Assembly: GCA_964483535.1 (NCBI GenBank)
Contig: CAZABZ010000001.1
Span: 80,284 to 118,561, forward strand
DNA length: 38,278 nt
Reading direction: 5' to 3'
Source: an uncultured Planctomycetales bacterium
GTDB taxonomy: Bacteria > Omnitrophota > Gorgyraeia > Zapsychrales > Fredricksoniimonadaceae
The notes under the pieces are model-generated. The model was not told the origin of the DNA. It did no database searches and saw nothing but the letters and a program-made list of their open reading frames with translations. Positions 22,891 to 35,227 of the stretch are shown one piece after another. Both the position numbers and the translations under genes were made by a program. The stretch's first letter is position 1; every line of letters starts with the position of its first letter.

Positions 22891-23835
22891 TTACGGGCTT
22901 ACTTTGCCGACGACCTGTTCTATAAGTTCTTTATTGTACTCAGGTTTATTTTTTTCAGCTAACTCCTTTAAGTGAGTTAGAATGACCGCTTGCTGTTTTT
23001 GCATCGTTAATCCGTAGATTAAATCTTTTTTAACATCATTAAAAAGCTTGCGTGCCCCGCCTGTTTTAGAATCGACTTTAACGATATAGTACCCTTCGGG
23101 GCCCTTAAATACGCCGCTGATGCCGCCTTCGTCCAAATTAGAAATGGCTATTTGCATGGCGTCAAAAGGCGCCTTGCCGGTCATGAATGGTTTTAGCTGC
23201 CCGCCTTGCGCGGCATTCGCGGCCTTGGATTGGGCCTGCGCGATCTGGGCAAAATCACCGCCTTGTAAAACTTGCACCAAGATGCTTTTAGCGGCGGCTT
23301 CGTCACCTACAACGATTTGACGGACATTCCATTTAACAGGCTCGGTAAATCTGTCCTTATTCGCATCATAATAAGCGCGGGCATCCTCTTCGCTTGCCGA
23401 GACTTCCTTGGTCATGCGACTGGCTAATTCCTGAACTAAAAGTGTTTTGCGAAAATCTTCGACAGCGTCTTTGATTTCCTTAGTATTGCCGATCTGGGAA
23501 TCTTCCGCGTCTTTAACCAAGAGCTGCTGACGGACAAGTTCATCTAAAACAGCAGCCCTGCTATTAATATCATTTACTTTAAAATCAGGAAGCTGCTGTT
23601 TTAAAAGATTGAGGCGATTATTAAATTCATCGGCTGTCAATGTCCAGCTGCCGATCCGTACCAAAACATTCCCTGGAATGGGGCCCGGCACGCCCTGCAC
23701 CTCTTGAGTATTCTGAGAAACCGGCGCAGCAACTTGCTTCTTGGGACCTATTCCCAATAAATCACAACCAACCAAAAAAACAAGCCCAAAAGTTAAAAAC
23801 AGGACCCCGTACGTCGTAAGTCTGGATTTACTCAT
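22891..23835 (-). CDS. PpiC/parvulin-type peptidyl-prolyl isomerase lipoprotein (SurA/PrsA-like); start moved to ATG 23835
   Basis: MSKSRLTTYGVLFLTFGLVFLVGC contains an LVGC lipobox. GGAGG lies 6 nt upstream. The parvulin domain reads WNVRQIVV...GGISGVFKGPEGYYIVKV. Confidence 0.75.
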   Translation of the reverse strand: MSKSRLTTYGVLFLTFGLVFLVGCDLLGIGPKKQVAAPVSQNTQEVQGVPGPIPGNVLVRIGSWTLTADEFNNRLNLLKQQLPDFKVNDINSRAAVLDELVRQQLLVKDAEDSQIGNTKEIKDAVEDFRKTLLVQELASRMTKEVSASEEDARAYYDANKDRFTEPVKWNVRQIVVGDEAAAKSILVQVLQGGDFAQIAQAQSKAANAAQGGQLKPFMTGKAPFDAMQIAISNLDEGGISGVFKGPEGYYIVKVDSKTGGARKLFNDVKKDLIYGLTMQKQQAVILTHLKELAEKNKPEYNKELIEQVVGKVSP

Positions 23836-23954
23836 AAACATCCTCCAAAAAAAACAAAATCTTTTCAAGTATACCTGATATTTTTTAAAAAAGCAAGTCA
23901 ACGGCCTAAAAAACTAATCTTTTTTTCGTAACCCATTACCTTGCACTAAATAAG

Positions 23955-23983
23955 ATAATAAATTAAAATTTTATTAAGGTCAA
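23955..23983 (-). promoter_or_regulatory. Candidate promoter TTGACC-17 nt-TATTAT upstream of the PpiC-type gene
   Basis: Hexamers read on the minus strand, just downstream of the mdh stop. Confidence 0.35.
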
Positions 23984-23990
23984 TAAGAAA

Positions 23991-24977
23991 TCAAATTAAA
24001 ATTAATCCTTTAACAGCTTCCTTTTCCGCTAATAATTCATCCAGGGTGGCTTTAATTTTAGCTTTGGCAAATTCATTGTGTTCCAATCCTGTCACAATGG
24101 CGCACTCACTGCCATTGGAACGCAAAGGAAAACCAAACATAAGCCCAGGCTCAACGCCATAACTGCCATCTGAAGAAACGGCGGCTGAGAAAAACTCGCC
24201 CTCAGGTGTCGGGGTCATGATCTTATGTACCGTATCAATCACCGCGTTAGCGGCCGATGCCGCGGAAGAAAGGCCTCGGGCCTTAATAATAACCGCTCCT
24301 CGTTTTTGCACCGTTTCAATAAATGCGCCTTTAAGCCACTGGTCATCTGTAATCTGCTGGGTCGCGGGGCGCCCATTGATGGTCGCATGATAAAAATCCG
24401 GATACTGGGTGGCTGAATGGTTCCCCCAGATCGCTACATTTTTAACCTGATCGACCGCCACCTCGGCCCTTCGCGCTAACTGTGCCCGCGCCCGATGCTC
24501 GTCGAGCATGGTCATGGCAAAAAAATTCTTTGCCGGAATATTTTTACAAACACTCTTGGCAATAAAAGCATTGGTATTGCAAGGATTCCCAATAACCAGC
24601 ACCTTGCAGCCTGGTTTGGCATGGGTTGATAACGCCTGGCCTTGCGTCTTAAAAACACCGCCGTTGATCTTCAAGAGGTCCCCGCGCTCCATCCCTTCTT
24701 TACGCGGCACGCTGCCGACCAACAGGGCCCAGTCGATATCTTTAAACGCCGCGCTTGGGGAAGCGGAGATGGACACGCCACGCAGTAACGGAAAGGCGCA
24801 ATCCTCCAGCTCCATGACCACTCCTGCCAAGGAAGGCAAGGCGTTTTCTAACTCTAATAAGCTTAAATCAACTTCTGTGTCGATCCCAAACATTTCTCCG
24901 GAGGCAATGCGGAACAACAAAGCATACCCGATTTGACCTGCCGCGCCCGTAACCGCAACTTTTACGCGCTTAGCCAT
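23991..24977 (-). CDS. mdh: NAD-dependent malate dehydrogenase
   Basis: [45 protein letters not shown] and [10 protein letters not shown] closely parallel Thermus-type MDH sequences. Confidence 0.9.
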   Translation of the reverse strand: MAKRVKVAVTGAAGQIGYALLFRIASGEMFGIDTEVDLSLLELENALPSLAGVVMELEDCAFPLLRGVSISASPSAAFKDIDWALLVGSVPRKEGMERGDLLKINGGVFKTQGQALSTHAKPGCKVLVIGNPCNTNAFIAKSVCKNIPAKNFFAMTMLDEHRARAQLARRAEVAVDQVKNVAIWGNHSATQYPDFYHATINGRPATQQITDDQWLKGAFIETVQKRGAVIIKARGLSSAASAANAVIDTVHKIMTPTPEGEFFSAAVSSDGSYGVEPGLMFGFPLRSNGSECAIVTGLEHNEFAKAKIKATLDELLAEKEAVKGLILI

Positions 24978-25782
24978 GACGCTCTCCCGTTTTTATAATC
25001 CCCGGCAATGTCTGTCTTGCCCTGCGTATTTCTTTAAAATTGATCTCGCCAAAAATAATTTCTTGCCCCGCGCCGCTCCCGCGGGCGATGACCTCGCCCC
25101 ACGGAGAGATGATCATGCTGTGGCCATAGGCCCGCATGCCGCGAGCGTCAATCCCGACTTGATCAGGCGCCAAAACATAAGCCAAATTTTCAATCGCCCT
25201 TGCGCGAAGCAGAGTCTCCCAATGGGCCTGGCCTGTTTCCTTCGTAAAACACGACGGTACCGTCAAAATTTCAACTCCCCTGCGCGCGTAATTTTGATAA
25301 AGCCCGGGGAAACGCAAATCATAGCAAATAGAAAGCCCTATCCTGAATACCCCCACTTTGGCCATCGCGGGCCGTCGGCCCGCTCGAACACAATCCGCTT
25401 CTATGACTGTCTTATCATCGATACGGGCATCAAATAAATGAATTTTACGGTATTGGGCGTCAATGGCCCCTCGAGGGCCAATAAAGACTGAGGTGTTATA
25501 AACGTGGGAATGGGGGGCCTTCTCTAATATAGAGCCCAATAAAAACGAAACGTTGTATTTTTTAGCTAACGGGACAAAAGCGTCCGTCGAAGGGCCAGGG
25601 ATTTTCTCGGCTGCTTTACCAACCAATCCTTTGTCGCTGCCTGCTCCACGGAAATTAAAGACTTCCGGTAAAAGTATAAATTCAGCACCTCTTTCAAGCG
25701 CCTCTTGGGACATGGTCAACGCCTTTAAGAGGTTCGCTGCTTTATTGGTGCCGGCGCAAAACTGTAAAAGAGCTACCTTCAT
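24970..25782 (-). CDS. Carbon-nitrogen hydrolase (Nit/nitrilase superfamily)
   Basis: Glu-Lys-Cys triad contexts [14 protein letters not shown] and [11 protein letters not shown]. Overlaps the mdh start by 8 nt. Confidence 0.8.
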   Translation of the reverse strand: MKVALLQFCAGTNKAANLLKALTMSQEALERGAEFILLPEVFNFRGAGSDKGLVGKAAEKIPGPSTDAFVPLAKKYNVSFLLGSILEKAPHSHVYNTSVFIGPRGAIDAQYRKIHLFDARIDDKTVIEADCVRAGRRPAMAKVGVFRIGLSICYDLRFPGLYQNYARRGVEILTVPSCFTKETGQAHWETLLRARAIENLAYVLAPDQVGIDARGMRAYGHSMIISPWGEVIARGSGAGQEIIFGEINFKEIRRARQTLPGIIKTGERHG

Positions 25783-25821
25783 TCTGGTCCTGGAGGCCTC
25801 CCTCTTAAATAGAGGCCATTG

Positions 25822-26469
25822 TTATTGAGAAGACGGCGCTTTTAACATTTCACCGTATTCCTTATAACAGCTTGTATAAAAAGACTGCTTTTTTAACTCA
25901 ACGCGCCAAGCGCTTAATTGGGGATAGACTCTTAAATCCACTCGGGCCATCTCCGCCGGCTCAAGCAGTGCCAACAAAATAATATCAGCTAAGGATATCT
26001 CCCTGCCGACAATGTATGGGTGCTTGGTCAATTGTTTTTCAATGATCGGAAAATATTGTTTAAGAAATTCGATGCCATCCGCAATGGCCTTCTCATTGAC
26101 CGGTTTGCCGGTGCGCGCGGCAAAAACACGGTTATAAACAACAGGCATCAAGTTCGCCCCGATATGAAAAGAAACATAATCGATCCATTGCTCGATGGTC
26201 GCGCGTTTTTTAACATCTTTAGGATACAGCGAGGAGTTGTGCTTGTCGCAAAGGTATTTACAGATGGCATTGCTTTCGAATAAATAAAACCCTTCATCAT
26301 CGATAGCGGGTATTTTGCCCACCGGATTGATCTTTAAAAACCATTCCTGCTTTTGCTCGCCTTCACGCAGATTGACGATCTGCCATTTATAGTTTAAGCC
26401 CAGGAAGCTGGCCGTCAAACGTACCTTGATGGCTGGGCCTGATAAATCTGAACCGTAGATAGTTAACAT
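25822..26469 (-). CDS. Glutathione S-transferase family protein; start moved to ATG 26469
   Basis: GST N-terminal thioredoxin-like segment (NPVGKIPAIDDEGFYLFESNAICKYL) plus a helical C-terminal domain. GAGGAGG SD upstream. The longer ORF would overlap the tRNA. Confidence 0.75.
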   Translation of the reverse strand: MLTIYGSDLSGPAIKVRLTASFLGLNYKWQIVNLREGEQKQEWFLKINPVGKIPAIDDEGFYLFESNAICKYLCDKHNSSLYPKDVKKRATIEQWIDYVSFHIGANLMPVVYNRVFAARTGKPVNEKAIADGIEFLKQYFPIIEKQLTKHPYIVGREISLADIILLALLEPAEMARVDLRVYPQLSAWRVELKKQSFYTSCYKEYGEMLKAPSSQ

Positions 26470-26493
26470 GGATGGCCTCCTCGGAATTGAAAA

Positions 26494-26567
26494 CGACCCC
26501 AACGGGATTTGAACCCGTGCTGCAAGCTTGAAAAGCTTGTGTCCTGACCAGGCTAGACGATGGGGTC
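26494..26567 (-). tRNA. tRNA-Glu (anticodon UUC)
   Basis: 74-nt cloverleaf on the minus strand: GACCCCA acceptor pairing with TGGGGTC, anticodon arm CAAGC-TTTTCAA-GCTTG, T-arm CGGGTTCAAATCCCG. No CCA is encoded. Confidence 0.9.
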
Positions 26568-26666
26568 AAAAATAAATCGACTGGAATCCGTTATTATATT
26601 GCCTTAAACTTATCCGTCAACGAATTTATCTCTTACCGTACTGCCAAGCAAATAATAGATACTATA

Positions 26667-29126
26667 TTATTCCTCTTCATGGCTAGATACGACATGGGCA
26701 ATGGAAGAAAGCCTGTCTCCGGCTTCCATGGATATCAAGCGCACTCCTACGGCGCTGCGGCCGGTTTCACGGATTTCAGAGGGAGAAGAACGCACCACCA
26801 TGCCCTTTTTAGTCACGGCCATGATCTCATCAGCGTCAGACACTGTCATGACCCCAACGACCGCCCCGTTTTTATCGGTGATCTTCACGTTAATGATCCC
26901 CTTGCCCCCGCGTGATTGCGTACGGTAGTCCGCGAAGTCAGAACGCTTGGCGTACCCTAATTCACAGACGGACAATAATTTGGCCCCTGTCTTTTCAACA
27001 TCCGGCGCGAACACCAACATGCCGACGACAAAATCTCCTTTTCCTAATCTGATGCCGCGCACACCCTTGGCGGAACGACCCGTGTCGCGCAATTGCTTCT
27101 CCGGGAACCTCAACGAAATGCCCTGACGCGTGGCTAAAAGAACATCTTCCTTGCCATTGCTTAAGCCCACCCCGATCAACTCATCGCCGTTTTCCAAACC
27201 GATGCCGACGATGCCTCCTTTGCGCGGATTATTATACGCGGAAACCATCGTCTTTTTGACCAGCCCTAATTTGGTGGCAAAGACTAAAAATTGGTCTTCC
27301 CTAAATTCTTTGACCGCCACAATGGCGCTGATCTTTTCTTCCGGCTTAAAGGACAATAAGTTCACGATGGCTTTGCCGCGGGCCGTACGCGAGGCGGCCG
27401 GAATTTCATACACCTTAAGCCAACGCACCGTTCCTAAATTAGAGAAGATCAACAAAAAGTCCTTGGACGAGGCCACAAACATACGCTCCACAAAATCTTC
27501 ATCCGAGGTGGTCATGGCCGTGACCCCCTTGCCGCCGCGTTTTTGCGAACGGTACCCATCCACCGACAAACGTTTGACATAGCCTTTATTGCTGATGGTA
27601 ATGGCCATGTCCTCATCGGCGATCATGTCTTCGATCTCGATATCTTCGGCCCGTCCGGCAATTTCCGTGCGGCGCTCATCCGCGTACTTCTTTTTTAATT
27701 CGGCCAACTCCTCTTTAATGATGGCATCCACCCGCTTCTCCGACGCTAAAATCGAGCGGTAATTATCAATATCTTTTAAAAGCTGTTGGTATTCCGCTTC
27801 GATCTTATCGCGCTCAAGCGCGGCCAGGCGCTGTAATTGCATCTCCAAAATGGCCTGGGCCTGCGCCTCGGAGAGATCAAACTTCTTGACCAATGCTTCC
27901 TTGGCGTCAGCTGTCGTCGCGGACGCGCGGATCGTTTTGATGATCTCATCTAAATGCTTGAAGGCGATTTTCAATCCTTCTAAAATATGGGCCCGTCGCA
28001 CGGCTTTGTCTAAATCAAATTGTGTCCTGCGGCGGATAACGACACGGCGATGGGCGATGTAGTGAGTCATCAGCTGTTTTAAATTCAAGACCCTCGGTGA
28101 TTTATTGACCAAGGCCAGATTGATGATCCCGAAGGTGACCTCCATCTGGGTGTGCTTGTAAAGATAGTTGAGTATGATATTGGCATCAACGTCACGGCGA
28201 AGCTCAATGACCACCCGGATGCCGTCTTTGTCGCTTTCATCACGGATGTCCGTGACCCCGTCGAGTTGTTTGTTCTGGACCAAATCCGCCATGCTTAAAA
28301 TCAGGTTGGCTTTGTTGACCTGATAGGGAAGCTCGGTGATGATGATGGCTTCTTTATTGCTCTTTTGCTGTTCAATGCTGGCGCGGGCCCGTATCGTCAC
28401 CTTGCCGCGGCCGGTGTTATACGCATCCACAAAACCTTCCCTGCCGCAGATAATCCCGGCAGTTGGGAAATCCGGCCCTTTGACAAATTTCATTAACTCT
28501 TTGATGGTGGCCTCGGGATTATCAAGTAAGTGCACGATACCGTCGATGACCTCTCCCAAATTATGAGGGGCCATGTTGGTGGCCATCCCCACGGCAATGC
28601 CTGAAGAACCATTGACCAAAAGGTTCGGGACCATGCCCGGCAAGATGTCCGGTTCCTGGAGCGACCCGTCGAAATTGGGGCTAAAATCAACGGTTTGTTT
28701 GTCAATATCATCTAACATTTCCTCGGCAACCGAGGCCATGCGCGCCTCGGTATACCGCATCGCCGCGGCCGCATCCCCGTCGATGGAACCAAAGTTGCCC
28801 TGGCCATCGATGAGAGGATACCTTAGGGAAAAATCCTGGACCATGCGCACCATGGTGTCGTACACCGCGGAGTCCCCGTGCGGATGGTATTTACCTAACA
28901 CTTCCCCGACGATACGAGCGCTTTTCTTATAAGGTTTATTGTGCTCGAGATTGAGCTCCTTCATGGCGTAAAGGATGCGCCGGTGCACGGGCTTAAGCCC
29001 GTCACGCACGTCCGGCAAAGCACGGCCGACGATAACGGACATAGAATAGGAAAGGTAGGAATTCTTCATTTCCTCTTCGATATAAACCGGGATAATTCTT
29101 TCTTTTTTATTTAAATCACGTGACAT
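26667..29126 (-). CDS. gyrA: DNA gyrase subunit A
   Basis: [11 protein letters not shown] and [37 protein letters not shown], plus C-terminal beta-pinwheel repeats. Confidence 0.97.
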   Translation of the reverse strand: MSRDLNKKERIIPVYIEEEMKNSYLSYSMSVIVGRALPDVRDGLKPVHRRILYAMKELNLEHNKPYKKSARIVGEVLGKYHPHGDSAVYDTMVRMVQDFSLRYPLIDGQGNFGSIDGDAAAAMRYTEARMASVAEEMLDDIDKQTVDFSPNFDGSLQEPDILPGMVPNLLVNGSSGIAVGMATNMAPHNLGEVIDGIVHLLDNPEATIKELMKFVKGPDFPTAGIICGREGFVDAYNTGRGKVTIRARASIEQQKSNKEAIIITELPYQVNKANLILSMADLVQNKQLDGVTDIRDESDKDGIRVVIELRRDVDANIILNYLYKHTQMEVTFGIINLALVNKSPRVLNLKQLMTHYIAHRRVVIRRRTQFDLDKAVRRAHILEGLKIAFKHLDEIIKTIRASATTADAKEALVKKFDLSEAQAQAILEMQLQRLAALERDKIEAEYQQLLKDIDNYRSILASEKRVDAIIKEELAELKKKYADERRTEIAGRAEDIEIEDMIADEDMAITISNKGYVKRLSVDGYRSQKRGGKGVTAMTTSDEDFVERMFVASSKDFLLIFSNLGTVRWLKVYEIPAASRTARGKAIVNLLSFKPEEKISAIVAVKEFREDQFLVFATKLGLVKKTMVSAYNNPRKGGIVGIGLENGDELIGVGLSNGKEDVLLATRQGISLRFPEKQLRDTGRSAKGVRGIRLGKGDFVVGMLVFAPDVEKTGAKLLSVCELGYAKRSDFADYRTQSRGGKGIINVKITDKNGAVVGVMTVSDADEIMAVTKKGMVVRSSPSEIRETGRSAVGVRLISMEAGDRLSSIAHVVSSHEEE

Positions 29127-29156
29127 GAATCTGCCTTTCTATGTTTATACGCCGCA

Positions 29157-31607
<2,451 letters not shown>

Positions 31608-31880
31608 TTAAATAGCTCCTACTTTAAAACTAATTTTTACAATTGACGGAAATTCTTTTTGAAGTTCTTTTAAGAGGCTTTCCCTGTTTAAATTAAGCCT
31701 CACCAAGCACAACGAAGAATTCGCGCTAATCGTCACGCATCCGTCCTTAAAATTCACTGCCCTGCTGCCCTGATCTTTGGAAATCCTCGCCCAAGCTGCC
31801 TGGATGTCTTGAAAAGAAACGCCGTTGCCCGATGACATCCGGCCCATGACCCCTGAAACGATATCCTTGATCGAATCCAT
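31608..31880 (-). CDS. DUF721 (DciA-like) protein
   Basis: 90 aa in the conserved position between dnaN and gyrB. The W..I and V..F.DG.L pattern is typical of DUF721. Confidence 0.6.
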   Translation of the reverse strand: MDSIKDIVSGVMGRMSSGNGVSFQDIQAAWARISKDQGSRAVNFKDGCVTISANSSLCLVRLNLNRESLLKELQKEFPSIVKISFKVGAI

Positions 31881-31882
31881 TG

Positions 31883-32977
31883 TTAAAGTCTCATCGGAAG
31901 GGCTAAATACAAATACTCATTGAGCCGCAACACGCAGGGCTTGTCCGGCCCTAAAAATTCCATAGGAACGTATTCCTCATTAATATTTTTAAGCACATCA
32001 ATAAAAAATTGCGGATTAAAGCCCACGATCAATTCCTGCTGTCCATATTCAACCGCCACCTCTTCACGGGATTCCCCCACATCCGGAGTGGTTTTGGAAA
32101 TCACCAATTTGTCCTTAAAGAGCTCGAACTTGATGGCCTGAAAATCAGGGGTGGCAAGTAAATTCGCCCGACGGATAGCCGCCAAAAGGTCCTGGGTCTT
32201 GATCTTCGCCTTATTATTGCCTTCTTTAGGAATAACCTGCTTATAATTAGGGAACTCCCCTTCTATAATACGGGTGGCGATCAAAATCCCATTAATATTA
32301 AATAACACCTGGTTTACTCCATTAATAATACTAACCTGCCCCTCTTCTTTAAGATTACGGTTGATTTCATTAATCGCCTTAACAGGGATAATGATATGAA
32401 AATCTTTATGTGCAGGATGTATTAATTTCTTTTCCATTTTAGCCAGACGCCTGCCATCGGTTGCCACCATCCGCATCACATCTCCTGAAACTTCCAATAA
32501 AAGACCATTTAAAACATACCGTGACTCTTCATAAGAAACCGCGAAATTCGTCAAACGGATCATTTCCTTTAAATCTAACTGTTTAATTAAAACAGCATCT
32601 TTATCTTTAAATTCCGGGAACTTTGGGAATTCTTCTTTAGGTAAACCATTGAGTTTAAAACGGCAATTGAGACCTTCAATCTCAATCTGGTTGTTCTTGC
32701 GGGCCATAATGATCACTTCTCCGCTGGGTAATTCACGGACAATATCACTAAAACGTTTGGCAGGGATGGTTATAGCCCCCTGTTCATAAACATCCACAGG
32801 TAACTCACAAGATATACCGATATCCAAATCAGTGGTGTTCATTTTTAATAAACCATTGTTTGTTTCTAAAAGTATATTAGACAGTATGGGTAAGGTTGTT
32901 TTTGGGGAAACAATATTACTGACTATTGCAATCGCAGCTTGAATTTCCTCTTTATTAGTCTTGATTTTCATATTCAC
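31883..32977 (-). CDS. dnaN: DNA polymerase III beta sliding clamp
   Basis: 364 aa with PILSNILLE, ATDGRRLA and a C-terminal YLALPMRL, positioned downstream of dnaA. Confidence 0.95.
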   Translation of the reverse strand: MNMKIKTNKEEIQAAIAIVSNIVSPKTTLPILSNILLETNNGLLKMNTTDLDIGISCELPVDVYEQGAITIPAKRFSDIVRELPSGEVIIMARKNNQIEIEGLNCRFKLNGLPKEEFPKFPEFKDKDAVLIKQLDLKEMIRLTNFAVSYEESRYVLNGLLLEVSGDVMRMVATDGRRLAKMEKKLIHPAHKDFHIIIPVKAINEINRNLKEEGQVSIINGVNQVLFNINGILIATRIIEGEFPNYKQVIPKEGNNKAKIKTQDLLAAIRRANLLATPDFQAIKFELFKDKLVISKTTPDVGESREEVAVEYGQQELIVGFNPQFFIDVLKNINEEYVPMEFLGPDKPCVLRLNEYLYLALPMRL

Positions 32978-33039
32978 AACCCTCTGCTTGTAGTACTTAA
33001 TGGTTAAGGTTTAAAAATAGCAGTAATCGTATTAGTATT

Positions 33040-33141
33040 TGTGGATAAGTTGAATTAGAAACTAATCTTCAATGTTTTTAACGATTTACAGCTATTAACA
33101 CTTGTGGATAACCCTAGGACAACAACCATTGATTATCCACA
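33040..33141. promoter_or_regulatory. Cluster of three perfect DnaA boxes (TTATCCACA / TGTGGATAA) in the dnaA-dnaN spacer; oriC candidate
   Basis: Exact 9-mers at 33040..33048, 33103..33111 (both as TGTGGATAA) and 33133..33141 (TTATCCACA), with AT-rich sequence at 33004..33040. Confidence 0.7.
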
Positions 33142-33156
33142 CTTGTTTTTAAGTCA

Positions 33157-34527
33157 TCATTCTAAAAGAATTGAGTTTAAATAATCAACACTTTTTTTCA
33201 TTTCCGGATTGGTGATAAAATCTTTTTCCACTTTTTTATAAGCGTGTAAAACCGTGGTATGGTCTTTGCCGCCAAAAGCCGCCCCGATCTCCGGCAAGGA
33301 ATGTGTCGTTAATTTACGGGTCAGGTACATGGCCACTTGTCTTGGCAAAACTACGTTTTTATTACGCTTTTTAGTCTTCAAATCAGCCGGGGTCACGCGA
33401 TAGTAGGCGGCAACCTCTTTTTGGACCATATCCACGCTGATGGTTTTTATGGTTTCTTTGACCATGTCTTTAAGGACCTGCTTGGCCACGGCCAAAGAAA
33501 TTAATTTATCTTCCAGCAGCGAGTAAGCCACCACCCGGATGAGCGCCCCCTCCAGTTCACGGATATTGGTTTTAATTTCCTGGGCAATAAATAATACCAC
33601 ATCATCAGGGACTGTCACGGATTCTAATTCTAATTTTTTACGCAAGATAGCCACCCTTGTTTCATAATCTGGCGGCTGGATATCAGTAATTAATCCCCAG
33701 GCAAAACGCGAGACCAACCGCTCTTCTAAGTTGGCGATCTCTTTAGGCGGCCGGTCCGAGCAGATGATAATTTGTTTGTGGTGATCATGCAAAGTATTAA
33801 AGGTATGGAAAAACTCTTCCTGGGTGGACACCTTCCCGGCGATAAAATGGATATCATCGATCAAGAGAATGTCGACGTGGCGGTACTTTTGGCGAAAAGC
33901 TTCCGACGAATGGTGACGGATGGAGTTGATCAATTCATTGGTGAACTGTTCGGATGATAGGTAACATATTTTCAGGGCGGGATTTTTTCTTTGGGCTTCA
34001 TGGGTGATGGCTTGCAGCAAATGCGTTTTGCCCAAACCCACGGGGCCGTAAATAAAAAAAGGATTGTAAGACTTGGCCGGATTTTCCGCCACGGCCTGGG
34101 CCGCGGCAAAAGCAAAACGGTTGCCCGCCCCCACTACAAAGTTTTCAAAAAGAAAACGCGGATTTAAATGGATATTTTTATCCGTGGACGCGAAAGAGGT
34201 CTCGATTTCGTTAAGTTTTTGCCGGGTATTTTGATTCAGCAGATCAGCATTAACGGTGAATTCAATGTTAATCCCCTGCCCCGCTTCGGTGCGCAGGCAG
34301 CGCTCGATGATGGTGCGGTAGCGTTCATCGATCCAATTTTTGAAGTATTCGTCAGGGGCCTGGATGGTCAAAACCCCGGGGTTCGTTTCACAGATCTTCA
34401 GGTGAGAAAACCACGTGTCGTAAGAGGTCTCGCCGATAGAGGTTTTGATGGGATTTTGGGCTTTTTGCCAGACGTCATTTAGGGTCAAAAGGCCCAAGGG
34501 CTTTGAATTCGTAGGGTTCTGCGTCAT
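33157..34527 (-). CDS. dnaA: Chromosomal replication initiator DnaA; the start is probably ATG 34527
   Basis: [14 protein letters not shown] Walker A, LLIDDIHF, a domain IV HTH ([19 protein letters not shown]). The 23-aa upstream extension to 34596 would cover a DnaA-box-like site. Confidence 0.9.
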   Translation of the reverse strand: MTQNPTNSKPLGLLTLNDVWQKAQNPIKTSIGETSYDTWFSHLKICETNPGVLTIQAPDEYFKNWIDERYRTIIERCLRTEAGQGINIEFTVNADLLNQNTRQKLNEIETSFASTDKNIHLNPRFLFENFVVGAGNRFAFAAAQAVAENPAKSYNPFFIYGPVGLGKTHLLQAITHEAQRKNPALKICYLSSEQFTNELINSIRHHSSEAFRQKYRHVDILLIDDIHFIAGKVSTQEEFFHTFNTLHDHHKQIIICSDRPPKEIANLEERLVSRFAWGLITDIQPPDYETRVAILRKKLELESVTVPDDVVLFIAQEIKTNIRELEGALIRVVAYSLLEDKLISLAVAKQVLKDMVKETIKTISVDMVQKEVAAYYRVTPADLKTKKRNKNVVLPRQVAMYLTRKLTTHSLPEIGAAFGGKDHTTVLHAYKKVEKDFITNPEMKKSVDYLNSILLE

Positions 34528-34555
34528 GTCGTCGAGATCACAAGTTATTAACAGC

Positions 34556-34564
34556 TGTGGAAAA
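34556..34564 (-). promoter_or_regulatory. DnaA-box-like site TTTTCCACA upstream of dnaA
   Basis: One mismatch to TTATCCACA. The position is compatible with autoregulation. Confidence 0.4.
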
Positions 34565-34742
34565 TTCCCGGTTGCTTTGTTTCCGGGTACGGTCACCCAG
34601 TTCGCGGGTCATTATAACAAAGCTTTGTTTGATTGCAACGGTTTTTCTTAATCCCTACTGGCGCAGGTTGTTTTACCCCTCAAAAAAAGGCCATATATTT
34701 ACAACCGTTCGTTAGAAGCGGATTCGTCGGTTGCCAAAAAAC

Positions 34743-34770
34743 TTGACTTCGCTAAAGCTTATGTTACAAT
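34743..34770 (+). promoter_or_regulatory. Candidate promoter TTGACT-16 nt-(TGT)TACAAT for the rpmH operon
   Basis: Near-consensus hexamers with an extended -10 TG, 85 nt upstream of rpmH. Confidence 0.5.
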
Positions 34771-34854
34771 TACCAAACTATGAAGGCCGTCTTTCTAAGA
34801 TGCATTCAAAGAAACGGCACCTCTCTAAAGGAATAACGTAAAGGGTAATCATTA

Positions 34855-34992
34855 ATGAAGAAGCATTTAAAGACGCCAACCAATATTGTTGGGAAAAAAA
34901 GACACGGATTCCGTAAGCGCATGGCGACTTCCGACGGCCAAAAGGTACTCAGTCGTCGACGCGCCAAAGGCCGCCGTAAACTTATCCCCTAA
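34855..34992 (+). CDS. rpmH: 50S ribosomal protein L34 (45 aa), absent from the ORF track
   Basis: Hand translation gives [45 protein letters not shown], the classic L34 sequence. Confidence 0.95.
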   Translation: MKKHLKTPTNIVGKKRHGFRKRMATSDGQKVLSRRRAKGRRKLIP

Positions 34993-35009
34993 AGTACGTA
35001 GGCTTATCA

Positions 35010-35222
35010 ATGGGTAAAAAACTTCTGATTTCAGGCATAAAAGCCTATCAGTGTTTGAGCCGTGCGTTACTTTTTAGAAATTGCCGGTTTTATCCTTCAT
35101 GTTCGCAATACGCCATTGAGGCTATTGAGCGTTTTGGTATTGTTCGTGGAGCATGGAAAGCGGCGTGTCGTATTTTGCGCTGTTCTCCGGCGTCTGACGG
35201 CGGGTATGACCCGGTAAGGTAA
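35010..35222 (+). CDS. yidD: Membrane protein insertion efficiency factor YidD
   Basis: CRFYPSCSQYAIEAIERFG and the surrounding motifs, located directly upstream of yidC. Confidence 0.9.
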   Translation: MGKKLLISGIKAYQCLSRALLFRNCRFYPSCSQYAIEAIERFGIVRGAWKAACRILRCSPASDGGYDPVR

Positions 35223-35227
35223 ATTCT

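Noticed and set aside
26387-26569. 60-aa ORF spanning the tRNA-Glu gene, and the 11-aa N-terminal extension of the GST ORF to 26502
   Set aside because: Both overlap a clear 74-nt tRNA cloverleaf. The GST has a GAGGAGG SD in front of the internal ATG at 26469.
34528-34596. Longer dnaA ORF starting at 34596
   Set aside because: The extension is not DnaA-like and covers a DnaA-box-like site (34556..34564). The start at 34527 gives a normal domain I N-terminus. Uncertainty remains because neither start has a strong SD.
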